Of a DNA stretch of 64,000 nucleotides, positions 1 to 13,119 are shown one piece after another. The DNA comes from Owenia fusiformis (taxonomy: Eukaryota): the NCBI GenBank assembly GCA_903813345.2, contig CAIIXF020000001.1:19840001-19904000 (forward strand), given 5' to 3'. The position numbers were made by a program, and so were the translations under genes. The notes beneath the pieces were generated by a model that worked only from the letters and a program-made list of their open reading frames with translations, was not told the origin of the DNA and searched no databases. The stretch's first letter is position 1; every line of letters starts with the position of its first letter.

Positions 1-3000
1 CCTGTATACAAAATTTTGAAGCAAATCCTAAAAGTGTAGTGCCAGATTCGCAAAAATAAGGAAAAACTATGAATTTGACCTAGATTTTGACCTAGGCATT
101 TTGGTGTCCAAATTTTGAAGCTAGGTAGCTTTTGAGGTCCCCTTCTTTTATGGGCATTCATTATGTTAAGCTGTGCTCAGTCTATATCTTGTATTTTACA
201 CTTCGAAAAAGTCTTTTTTCCCATTGGCTTTACATGGGCACCAAATTTAGCAATTTCAAAACGCTTTAGCTTCCGAACCGGAAGTCAGATCGAAATTTGG
301 TTTGCAGATTTAGATTCCTGAGGAAATTTTACACTTATTTCATAACTCATACGTTGAATTTGGAGAACTTTTTCGTTCGACCTACTTTCCGGACGCAATA
401 TCTCAAAATCGGTAAAAGTAATCAAAAAATTGATTACTCACCGTCGAATCGTCTTTTTCTTGGCTACACGTTGAAAAAAAACTTTTGAAAAAATATTGAA
501 AAATGACAGAGATAATTGACAAAATGATAATTTGACCTAGATTTTGACCTTTGACCTAGATAAAAATTTGACCTAATTTCCCAGAAACTAGGTCTCATTA
601 CCTATTTAACCATGTAAGCAGATTTCAGAAAGTCCCTCTAGTTGCTGAGAAAACGCGCAAAGAAAGAATAACTAGACATGTAAATTGAACAAGTTCAATT
701 TAAGACTCCAGATTTAAGACTTGTTTTAAGCTGAGTCATCCAATTACTTGTAAGCTGAGTCATTCACTATAAGCTGAGTCAGCTAGAATATAGACATTTA
801 GACAACTCTTAAGAATGTTATCTTCGACTCCATATGCATGACATGGGGATATCATCATATCGACTTTTCGAGACTTCAAACCGCTATAACTATCTAACCA
901 GAAGTTTGATCAAAAATTGGTTTGCAGATTCGGATTCCTGAAAAAATTCTACTCTTAATTCATAACTCATATGTAAAATTTGGAGAATTTTTTATTTTTA
1001 CCTACTTTTCGGACACCATATCTCAAAAGTGGGTCAAAATACTCTCTGACGGCAAAAGGCTAACACTATTAGCCCACTCTTTGCTACCTGTATACAAAAT
1101 TTTGAAGCAAATCCTAAAAGTGTAGTGCCAGAATCGCAAAAATAAGGAAAAACTATGTATTTGACCTAGATTTTGACCTAGGGATTTTGGTGTCCAAATT
1201 TTAAAGCTAGATAGCCTTCGAGGTCCCCTTCTTTTATAGACTTTCAGAATCTTAAGCTGTACTCAGTCTTTATCTGGTATTATACACTTCAAAAAAATCT
1301 TTTTTCTCATTGACATAACATGGGGCACCAAAATTAGCGATTTTTGAGCTTTCAAAACGCCATAACTTCCCAACGAACAGTCGGATTGAAATTTGGTTTG
1401 CAGATTCGGATTCCTGAGAAAATTCTACCCTTAATTCATAACTCATAAGTTAAATTATGAGAAATTTTTATTTAGACCTACTTTACGGACACCATATCTC
1501 AAAAGTGGGTCAAAGTACTTCCTGACGGCAAAAGGCTAACACTATTAGCACACTCTTTGCTACCTGTATACAAAATTTTGAAGCAAATCCTAAAAGTGTA
1601 GTGCCAGAATCGCAAAAATAAGGAAAAACTATGAATTTGACCTAGATTTTGACCTAGGCATTTTGGTGTCCAAATTTTGAAGCTAGGTAGCTTTTGAGGT
1701 CCCCTTCTTTTATGGACATTCATTATGTTAAGCTGTGCTCAGTCTATATCTTGTATTTTACACTTCGAAAAAGTCTTTTTTCCCATTGGCTTTACATGGG
1801 CACCAAATTTAGCAATTTCAAAACGCTATAGCTTCCGAACCGGAAGTCAGATTGAAATTTGGTTTGCAGATTTGGATTCCTGAGGAAATTTTACACTTAT
1901 TTCATAACTCATACGTTGAATTCGGAGAACTTTTTCGTTTGACCTACTTTCCGGACGCAATATCTCAAAATTGGTAAAAGTAATCAAAAATTGATTACTC
2001 ACAGTCGAATCGTCTTTTTCTTGGCTACACGTTGAAAAAAAAATTTTGAAAAAATATCGAAAAATGACAAAGATAATTGACAAAATGATAATTTGACCTA
2101 GATTTTGACCTTTGACCTAGATAAAAATTTGACCTAATTTCCCAGAAACTAGGTCACATACCCTAACTGACCATGTAAGTAGATTTACTCCAAGTCTTCT
2201 AGTTACTGAGAAAACGTGACAAGAGAGAATAATAATAACTAGACATGTAAATTGAACAAGTTCAATTTAAGACTCCAGATTTCAAACTTTTTTTAAGCTG
2301 AGTCATCCAAAATACTGCAAGCTGAGCCATTCAGAATAAGCTGAGTCATCTAGAATATAGACATTTAGACAACTCTTAAGTAGGTTATCTCCATTGGCTT
2401 AACATGGGGATATCATAATATCGACTTTTCGAGACTTTAAACAGCTATAACTAACCAGAATTTGGGTCGAAATTTGGTTTGCAGATTCGAATTTCTGAGA
2501 AAATTCTACGTTTGTGTCATAACTCATACATTAAATTTTGATAACTTTTTGTGTTGACCTACTTTCCGGACGCCATTCTTCAAAATCGGTAAGAGTAATC
2601 AAGAAAGACAGTACCAATAATGAAAGGACTGTCTTTAAGCTACATGATGAAAAAAAGATAAAGGAATAACGACGAATAGTGACAAAGATAATTGACATAA
2701 CATGGGATATCAAAATACCAATTTTTTAATTTTTCAAAACGCCATTACTTCCAAACCGGGTGTCGGATTGAAATTTGATTTGCAGATTCGGATTCCTGAT
2801 AAAATTCTACCCTTAATTCATAACTCATACGTTAAATTTGGAGAAACTTTCATGTTGACCTACTTTTCGGACACTATATCTCAAAAGTGGGTCAAAATAC
2901 TTTCTGACAACAAAAAGCTAACACTATAAGCACACTCTTTGCTACCTGTATACAAAATTTTGAAGCAAATAATTAAAGTGTAGTGTCAGAATCGCAAAAA

Positions 3001-6000
3001 TAAGTTAAAACTATAAATTTGACCTAGATTTTGACCTAGGCATTTTGGTGTCCAAATTGTGAAGCTAACTAGCTTTTGAGGTCCCTTTCTTTTATAGGCT
3101 TTCATTATGTAAAGCTGTACTCAGTCTTTATCTCGTATTTTACACCTCAAAAAAATCTTTTTTCCCATTGCCATAACATGGGGCACCAAATTTAGCGATT
3201 TTTGAGCTTTCAAAACAACATAACTTCTAAACCGGGTGTCGGATTGACATTTGAATTGCAGATTTGGATTCCTGAGAAAATTCTACCCTTAATTCATAAC
3301 TCATACGTTAAATTTGGAGAACTTTCAGTTTGACCTACTTTTCGGACACCATATCTCAAAAGTGGGTCAAAATACTTTCTGACGGCAAAAGGCTTACACT
3401 ATAAGCACACTCTTTGCTACCTGTATACAAAATTTGGAAGCAAATCATTAAAGTGTAGTGTCAGAATCGCAAAAATAAGTTAAAACTATAAATTTGACCT
3501 AGATTTTGACCTAGGCATTTTTGTGTCCAAATTTTAAGGCTATGTAGCTTTTGAGGTCCCCTTCTTTTACAGGCGTTCATTATGTTAAGCTGTATTCAGT
3601 CTATATTAAGTATTTTACACTTCAAAAAAATCTTTTTTCCCATTGACTTAACATAGGGCACCAAATTTAGCGATTTTTGAGCTTTCAAAACGCCATAACT
3701 TCCGAACCGAAAGTCGGATTGAAATTTGATTTGCAGATTCGGATTCATGGGAAAATTTTATTCTTAATTCATAGCTCATATGTTAAATTTGGAGAACTTT
3801 TTATTTTGACCTACTTTCCGGACACCGTATCTCAAAAGTGGGTCAAAATACTTTCTGACGGCAAAACGCTAACACTATTAGCATACTTTTTGCTATCTAT
3901 ACACCAAATTTCAAGGAATATTATTAAAGTGTAGTGTCAGATTCGCAAAATTAAGGAAAAACACAAACTTTGACCTAGATTTTGACCTTGGCTTTTTAGT
4001 GTTCAAATTTTGAGACAAAGTAGATTTTGAGGTCAACTTTTCTTGTAGGCTTTCATTATGTTGGCTGCATTAAGTCTAAATACCGTGTTTTCCAATTCAT
4101 AATTTTCTTCAGCCCCATTGACTTAACATGGGGCACCAAAATAGCGATTTTTGAGACTTCAAACCGCCATAACTTTCGAACCGGAACTCGGATTGAAATT
4201 TGGTTTGCAGATTCGGATTCCTGAGAAAATTCTACATATATTTCATAACTCACATCTTTAATTTGGAGAATTTTTGTTTTGACCTACTTTCCGGACGCCA
4301 TATTTAAAAATCGGTAAAAGTAATCAAAAATCTAATGTCATATCTTTGCTTCGGCTATTTCTTAACTACATAATGAAAATTTGACCTAATTTCCCAGAAC
4401 GCCAGATACATTCCCTAGTCAAGCATGTAGGTTGGATTAAGTAAGATGTTATAGTTGGAGAGAAAATCTGTTAGGAGGAAGAAAGAAAAAGAATAACTAA
4501 ACATGTAAATTGAACAAGTTCAATTTAAGACTCCAGATTTCAGACATTTTTTAAGCTGAGTCATCCAAATACTTGTAAGCTGAGTCATTCAGAATAAGCT
4601 GAGTCAGCTAGAATATAGACATTTAGACAACTCTTAAGAATGTTATTTTCGACTCCATTGGCTTAACATGGGGATATCATCATATCGACTTTTCGAGACT
4701 TCAAACCACTATAACTATCTAATCAGAAGTTTGATCGAAATTTGGTTTAAAGATTCTGATTCCTGAGAAAATTCTACCCTTAATTCATAACTCATACGTT
4801 AAATTTGGAGACATTTTTATTTTGACCTACTTTTCAGACACCATATCTCAAAAGTGGGTCAAAATACTTTCTGACGGCAGAAAGCTAACACTATAAGCAC
4901 ACTCTTTGCTACCTGTATACAAAATTTGGAAGCAAATCATTAAAGTGTAGTGTCAGAATCGCAAAAATAAGGAAAAACTATGAATTTGACCTAGATTTTG
5001 ACCTAGGCATTTTGGTGTCCAAATTTTAAAGCTAGATAGCCTTCGAGGTCCCCTTCTTTTATAGGCTTTCAGAATGTTAAGCTGTACTCAGTTTATATCT
5101 GGTATTTTACACTTCAAAAAAATCTTTTTTCTCATTGACATAACATGGGGCACCAAATTTAGCTATTTTTGAGCTTTCAAAACGCCATAACTAATGAACC
5201 GAAAGTCGGATTGAAATTTGGTTTGCAGATTCGGATTCCTTGGAAAATTCTTAACTTAATTCATAGCTCATATATTAAATTTGGAGAACTTTTTATTTTG
5301 ACCTACTTTTCGGACACCATATCTCAAAAGTGGGTCAAAATACTTTCTGACGGCAAAAGGCTAACACTATTAGCACACTCTTGGCTACCTGTATACAAAA
5401 TTTTGAAGTAAATTATTAAAGTGTAGTGTCAGAATCGTAAAAATAAGGAAAAACTATGAATTTGACCTAGATTTTGACATAGGCATTTTGGTGTCCAAAT
5501 TTTGAAGCTATGTAGCTTTTGAGGTCCCCTTCTTTTATAAGCATTCATTATGTTAAGCTGTACTCAGTCTATATCTTGTATTTTACACTTCGAAAAAGTC
5601 TTTTTTTCCATTGACTTAACATAGGCACCAAATTTAGCGATTTTTGAGCTTTCAAAACGCCATAACTTCCGAACCGGAAGTCTGATCCAAATTTGATTTG
5701 CAGATTCGGATTCCTGAGATCATTCTACACTTATTCCGTAACTCACATGTTGAATTTGGAGAACTTTTTGTTCTGACCTACTTTCCGGACGCCATATCTC
5801 AAAATCGGTAAGAGTAATCAAAAATCTGATGGCACACTCATGAAAGGGCTTTTTCTAAGCTACATGATGAAAGTAATATGAAGGAGTTGGATGAAAGATG
5901 TAGGAAGATAAATGTCAGAATGTTAAAAATGTAGGACGTGACCTAGTTCTTGACCTTTGACCTAGATAAAAATTTGACCTAATTTCCCAGAAAGCCAGAT

Positions 6001-9000
6001 ACATTCCCTAGTCAACCATGTAGGTTGGATTAAGTAAGATGTTATAGTTGGAGAGAAAATCTGTTAGGAGGAAGAAAGAAGAAGAAGAAGAAAAAGAACT
6101 AGACATGTAAATTGAACAAGTTCAATTTAGGACTCCAGATTTAAAACTTTTTTTAAGCTGAGTCATCCAAAATACTGTAAGCTGAAAAATTCAGAATAAG
6201 CTGAGTCATCTAGAATACAGACATTTAGACAACTCTTAAGTAGCTTATCTTCGTCTACATTGGCTTAACATGGGGATATCATAATATCGACTTTTCGAGA
6301 CTTCAAACAGCTATGACTATCTAACCAGAATTTGGGTCGAAATTTGGTTTGCAGATTCAAATTTCTGAGAAAATTCTACGTTTGTGTCATAACTCATACA
6401 TTAAATTTTGAGAACTTTTTATGTTGACCTACTTTCCGGACGCCATTCCTCAAAATCGGTAAGAGTAATCAAAAAAGACAGTTACAATAATGAAAGGACT
6501 GTCTTTAAGCTACATGATGAAAAAAGAGAAAGGAATAACGACGAATACCGACAAAGATAATTGACATAACATGGGATATCAAAATACCAATTTTTTAATT
6601 TTTCAAAACGCCATTACTTCCAAACCGGGTGTCGGATTGAAATTTGATTTGCAGATTTGGATTCCTGAGAAAATTCTACCCTTAATTCATAACTCATACG
6701 TTAAATTTGGAGAAACTTTCATGTTGACCTACTTTTCGGACACTATATCTCAAAAGTGGGTCAAAATACTTTCTGACGGCAAAAGGCTAACACTATTAGC
6801 ACACTCTTTGCTATCTGTATACAAAATTTTGAATCAAATAATTAAAGTGTAGTGTCAGAATCGCAAAAATAAGTTAAAACTATAAATTTGACCTAGATTT
6901 CGACCTAGGCATTTTGGTGACCAAATTGTGAAGCTAGCTAGCTTTTGAGGCCCCTTTCTTTTATAGGCTTTCATTATGTGAAGCTGTACTCAGTCTTTAT
7001 CTCGTATTTTACACTTCAAAAAAATCTTTTTTCCCATTGCCATAACATGGGGCACCAAATTTAGCGATTTTTGAGCTTTCAAAACAACATAACTTCCAAA
7101 CCAAAAGTCGGATTGAAATTTGGTTTGCAGATTCAGATTCCTGAGAAAATTCTACCCTTAATTCATAACTCATACGTTAAATTTGGAGAACTTTTTAGTT
7201 TGACCTACTTTTCGGACACCATATCTCAAAAGTGGGTCAAAATACTTTCTGACGGCAAAAGGCTAACACTATTAGCACACTCTTGGCTACATGTATACAA
7301 AATTTGGAAGAATATAATTAATCTGTAGTGTCAGAATCGCAAAAATAAGGAAAAACTTTGAATTTGACCTAGATTTTGACCTAGGCATTTTGGTGTCCAA
7401 ATTTTTATGAAAAGAAGGTCTTGTGGTCCCTTTCTTTTATGGGCTTCCATTATGTTTAGCGGTGCTTAGTCTATATCTCGTATTTTACACTTCAAAAAAA
7501 TATTTTTTCCCATTGAATTAACATGGGGCACCAAATTTAGCGATTTTTGAATTTTCAAAACGCCATAACTTCTGAACCGGAAGTCAGATCGAAATTTGGT
7601 TTTCAGATTCGGAATCCTGAGAAAATTTTCTATAAGACTGATATGCTGGACATTGGATTCGGAGAAAAAATTTTTGGACCTCGTTTTCGGACACTGATAT
7701 CTCGAAATCGGTTTGAGATACCAAAAAACTAAATCGACCCTAGGTTTTCTACTTTTTTATGAGGAACACAATGAAAAAAACCAGGATCAAAAATATTGAA
7801 GGACGACCGAGTTAATGGGAAAAAGTGACAAAGTACTGGATTTGACCTAGTTCTTGACCTTTGACCTAGATAAAAATTTGACCTAATTTCCCAGAAAGCC
7901 GGATACAGTCTTAAGTTAAGCATGTAAGTTAGATTAAGTAAGCTGTTATAGTTGACGAGAAATTTGGTAAGGAGGAAGAAAAAAGAATAATAACTAGATT
8001 TGTGAAATTGAACAAGTTCAATTTAAGACTCCAGATTTATTTTACCTAGATAGATCAGTAAAGAGCTGAGTAAGTAACTGAGTAATTAGCTGAGTAAGTA
8101 CCTTAGTAGTAGTTGAGTAAGTAGCTGAGTAAGTAACTGGGTAAAAAGCTGAGTAGGTAGCTGAGTAAGTAGCTGAGTAAGTACCTGAGTTAGTAGCTGA
8201 GTGAGTAGCTAAGTAAGTAATAACTAATTAAGCAATTGAGTAAGTAGTCAAATAAGTAGCTGAGTAGGTAGGGAGGTAAAGTAGGGTATGTAGGAATTTT
8301 TGAAAGTTTATTTGATCAATCTGCATCGTGAATACTGGCAAGTGCGAATTTCAAACTTCAAAATGGCTTAACTGGGGGTAGGATTGCAATTTTAATTTCA
8401 GATCCGGATTCCTTAGGAAATTATGCCCCTAATTCATAACTCATACGTTAAATTTGGAGAACTTTTTATTTTGACCTACATTTCGATCACCAGATCTCAA
8501 AAGTGGGCCTAAAAACTTCTTGACGGCAAAAAGTTAACATTATAAGCACACTCTTTGCTACATGTATACAAAATTTCGAAGAATATCATTGAAGTGTAGT
8601 GTCCGAATTGCAAAAATAAGAAAAAACTAAGAATTTGACCTAGATTTTGAACTAGGTATTTTGGTGTCCAAATTTTGAAGGAAAGTAGCTTTTGAGGTCC
8701 CCTTCTTTTATGGGCTTTCATTATGTTTAGCTGTACTCATTCTATATCTTGTATTTTTACACTTCAAAAAATTATTCGGTCCCATTGATTTAACATGGGG
8801 CACCAAATTTAGCGATTTTTGAGCTTTCAAAACATCATAACTTCTGAACAAGATGTCGAATCGAAATTTGGTTTGCAGATTCGGATTCCTGATAAAATTC
8901 TACCCCTAATTCATAACTCATACGATAAATTTAGAATTTTTTTATTTTGACCTACTTTTTGGACACGCCATAACTTCCGAACCGGGAGTCGGATCGAAAT

Positions 9001-9857
9001 ATGGTTTGCAGATTCGGATTCCTGACAAAATTCTACCCCTGATTCATAACTCATAAGTTAAATTTGAAGATTTTTTTATTTTGACCTACTTTTGGGACAC
9101 CATATCTCAAAAGTGGGTCAAAATACTTCCTGACGGCAAAAGGCTAACACTATTAGCACACTCTTGGCTACATGTATACACGATTTCGAAGAATATAATT
9201 AAAGTGTAGTGTCAGAATCGCAAAAATAAGGAAAAACTTTGAATTTGACCTAGATTTTGACCTTGGCATTTTTGTGTCCAAATTTTTAAGCTAGATGGCT
9301 TTTGAGGTCCCCTTCTTTTAAAAGCTTCCATTATATTTAGCTGAACTCAGTCTATATTTCGTATTTTTCACTTCAAAAAAATCTTTTTTCCCATTGACTT
9401 AACATGGGCACCAAATTTAGCGATTTTTGAGCTTTCAAAACGATATAACTTCCGAACCGGAAGTCGGATCGAAATTTGGTTTTCAGATTCGGAATCCTGA
9501 GAAAATTTCCTACAAGACCAGTAGCGTGGACATTGAATTGGGAGAACTTTTTTTTGGACCTCGTTTTCGGACACTGATATCTCGAAATCGGTTTGAGATA
9601 TCAAAAAACTAAATCGACCTGTTTTCCCCTACTTTTTTATGAGGAACACAATGAAAAAAACCCGGATTGAAAATATTGAAGGACGACCGAGAAAATTGAA
9701 AAAAGTGACAAAGTACTGGATTTGACCTAGTTCTTGACCTTTGACCTAGATAAAAATTTGACCTAATTTCCCAGAAAGCCAGATACATTCCCTAGTTGAT
9801 CATGTAAGCAGCTTAAAGTAAGCTCTTCTAGTTGGTGAGAAATCTGGGAAGGAGGAA

Positions 9858-9891
<34 letters not shown>

Positions 9892-12800
9892 TAGATTTGT
9901 GAAATTGAACAAGTTCAATTTAAGACTCCAGATTTATTTTACCTAGATAGATCAGTAAAGAGCTGAGTAAGTAACTGAGTAATTAGCTGAGTAAGTACCT
10001 TAGTAGTAGTTGAGTAAGTAGCTGAGTAAGTAACTGAGTAAAAAGCTGAGTAGGTAGCTGAGTAAGTAGCTGAGTAAGTACCTGAGTTAGTAGCTGAGTA
10101 AGTTGCTAAGGAAGTAATAACTAATTAAGTAATTGAGTAAGTAGTCAAATAAGTAGCTGAGTAGGTAGAGAGGTAAAGTAGGGTATGCAGGAATTTTTGA
10201 AAGTATATTTGATCAATCTGCATCGTGAATACTGGCAAGTGCGAATTTCAAACTTCAAAATGGCGTAGAATCTAAACCGGGGGTCGGATTGCAATTTTAA
10301 TTTCAGATCCAGATTCCTGAGGAAATTCTACCCCTAATTCATAACTCATACTTTAAAATTGGAAAACTTTTTATTTTGACCTACATTTCGGACACCATAT
10401 CTCAAAAGTGGGTCAAAAAACTTATTGACGGCAAAATGTTACCATTATTAGCACACTCTTTGCTACAAGTTTACAAAATTTCGGAGAATATCATTGAAGT
10501 GTAGTGTCAGAATCGCAAAATAAAAAAAACTATGAATTTGACCTAGATTTTGAACTAGGTATTTTGGTGTCCAAACTTTGAAGGAAAGTAGCTTTTGAGG
10601 TCCCCTTCTTCTATGGGCTTTCATTATGTTTAGCTGTACTCATTCTACATCTCGTATTTTTATACTTCAAAAAATTATTCGGTCCCATTGATTTAACATG
10701 GGGCACAAAATTTAGCGATTTTTGAGATTTTAAAACACCATAACTTCAAAACAAGTAGTCGGATCGAAATTTGGTTTGCAGATCTAGATTTCTGAGAAAA
10801 TTCTACCCTTAATTCATAACTCATACGTTAAATTTGGAAATTTTTTAACTTTGGCCTACTTATCGGACACCATATCTCAAAAGTGGGTCAAAATACTTTC
10901 TGACGGCAAAACGCTAACACTATTAGCATACTCTTTGCTACCTGTATACAAAATTTTAAAGCAAATCATTAAAATATAGTGTCAGAATCGCAAAAATAAG
11001 GGAAAACTATAAATTTGACCTAGATTTTGACCTAGGCATTTTGGTGTCCAAATTTTGGAGCTAAGTAGCCTTCGAGGTCCCCTTCTTTAATAGGCTTTCA
11101 TTATATTAAGCTATACTCAGTCTATAACTCGTAATTTACACTTCAAAAAAATCTTTTTTCCCATTAACATAACATGGGGCAGCAAATTTAGCGATTTCTG
11201 AGCTTTCAAAACACCATAACTTCCGAACAGGAGGTCGAATCAAAATTTGATTTGCAGATTCGGATTCCTGATAAAATTCTACCCCTTATTCATAACTCAT
11301 ACGTTACATTTGAAGATTTTTTATTTTGACCTACTTTTGGGACACCATATCTCAAAAGTGGGTCAAAATACTTTTTGACGGCAAAAGGCTAACACTATTA
11401 GCACACTCTTGGCTACATGTATACACAATTTCGAAGAATATAATTAAAGTGTAGTGTCAGAATCGCAAAAATAAGGAAAAGCTTTGAATTTGACCTAGAT
11501 TTTGACCTAGGCATTTTGTTGTCCAAATTTTCAAAATTAGAAGGTTTTGAGGTCCCCTTCTTTTATGGGCTTCCATTATGTTTAGCTGTACTTAGTCTAT
11601 ATCTCGTATTTTACACTTCAAAAAAATATTTTTTCCCATTGACATAACATGGGGCACCAAATTTAGCGATTTTTGAGCTTTCAAAACGCCATAACTTCCG
11701 AACCGAAAGTCGGATCGAAATTTGGTTTGCAGATTTGGATTCCAGAGAAAATTCTGTCTTTAATTCATAGCTCATACGTTAAATTTGGAAACTTTTTATT
11801 TTGACCTACTTTTCGGACACGCCATTACTTCCAAACCGGAAGTCGGATCGAAATTTGGTTTGCAGATTCGGATTCCTGAGAAAATTCTATACTTAATTCA
11901 TAACTCAAACGTCAAATTTTGAGATTTTTTTATTTTGACCTACTTTTCGGACACCATATCTCAAAAATGGGGCAAAATACTTTCTGACGGCAAAAGGCTA
12001 ACACTATTAGCAGACTCTTAGCTACATGTATACAAAATTTCGAAGAATATAATTAATCTGTTGTGTCAGAATCGCAAAAATAAGGAAAAACTTTGAATTT
12101 ACCCTAGATTTTGACCTAGGCATTTTGGTGTCCAAATTTTGAAGCTAGATGGCTTATGAGGTCCCCTTCTTTTAAAAGCTTTCATTATATTTAGCTGAAC
12201 TCAGTCTATATTTCGTATTTTTCACTTCAAAAAAATCTTTTTTCCAATTGACTTAACATGGGCACCAAATTTAGCGATTTTTGAGCTTTCAAAACGCCAT
12301 AACTTCCGAACAGGAAGTCGGATCAAAATTTGGTTTGCAGATTCGGATTCCTGAGAAAATTCTACCCTTATTTCATAGCTCATATGTTAAATTTGGAGAA
12401 CTCTTTGGTTTTGACCTACTTTCAGGACGCCATATCTCAAAATTGGTACGAGTAATCAAAAATCTGTTGGCACACCCATGAAAGAGCTGTTTCTAAGCTA
12501 CATCATGAAAAAAAGACAAAGTTGTTCCCATAAATAATGACGAAGATAATTGATAGAATGTTGAAAATGCAAGATTTGACCTAGTTCTTGACCTTTGACC
12601 TAGATAAAAATTTGACCTAATTTCCCATCATCCCAGATACATTCCCTAGTTGATCATGTAAGCAACTTAAAGTAAGCTCTTCTAGTTGGTGAGAAATCTG
12701 GGAAGGAGGAAGAATAATAATAATAAGAAAACTGGCAAAAGCAATAGACTCCAGATTTTCATCTGGAGTCTAATAAGAAAACTGGCAAAAGCAATAGACT

Positions 12801-12932
12801 CCAGATTTTCAATCTGGAGTCTAATAATAATAAGAAAACTGGCAAAAGCAATAGACTCCAGATTTTCAATCTGGAGTCTAATAAAGAAAACTGGCAAAAG
12901 CAATAGACTCCAGATTTTCATCTGGAGTCTAA
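1..12932 (-). repeat. Compound array of Helitron/Helentron-type non-autonomous elements (HINE-like) with ~477-bp internal tandem units; open at the left window edge
   Basis: The marker tctcaaaagtgggtc recurs at 1021/1497, 2879/3353/3830 and 4846/5323 (period 474-477 bp). The terminal module aactag...aattgaacaagttcaatt-taagactccagattt occurs at 670, 2237, 4495, 6097, 7992 and 9889, each preceded by (aat)n/(gaa)n. The opposite terminus, hairpin tagactccagat-tttc-atctggagtcta, occurs four times at 12725-12932. Confidence 0.85.
8063..8270. repeat. (GCTGAGTAAGTA)n ~12-bp minisatellite inside an array element; second copy at ~9961-10165
   Basis: Direct reading of degenerate gctgagtaagta units. Confidence 0.9.
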
Positions 12933-12971
12933 TTATTGGCCTGCTGATTAGAGATTCTGCAAACACAAATA

Positions 12972-13103
12972 CTGTACTCCAACTATTTTCGCGACTACTA
13001 TATTTCGCAAACTAAAACTATTGGAATTTTGTGGCTATCATATTTGCAAATTTTCACAAAAAGCATGAAACATAGTAGCACGCAAAAATTACTTGGAATA
13101 CAA
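12972..13103. mobile_element. Small Tc1/mariner-superfamily-type MITE (TA TSD)
   Basis: ta|ctgtactccaactattttcgcg ... cgcaaaaattacttggaatacaa|ta form imperfect TIRs. Confidence 0.55.
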
Positions 13104-13119
13104 TATTCAGATGACTCAC

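Noticed and set aside
297-12481. Many similar 60-93 aa ORFs (e.g. ...LTYFSDTISQKWVKILSDGKRLTLLAH...)
   Set aside because: They are translations of the ~477-bp repeat unit, with frameshifts and stops varying between copies, mostly non-ATG starts and no recognisable domain.
12725-12932. CRISPR-like run of palindromic ~50-bp repeats and the repetitive ORFs over it
   Set aside because: There are no unique spacers and no cas genes, and the context is eukaryotic; stacked element termini explain it better.
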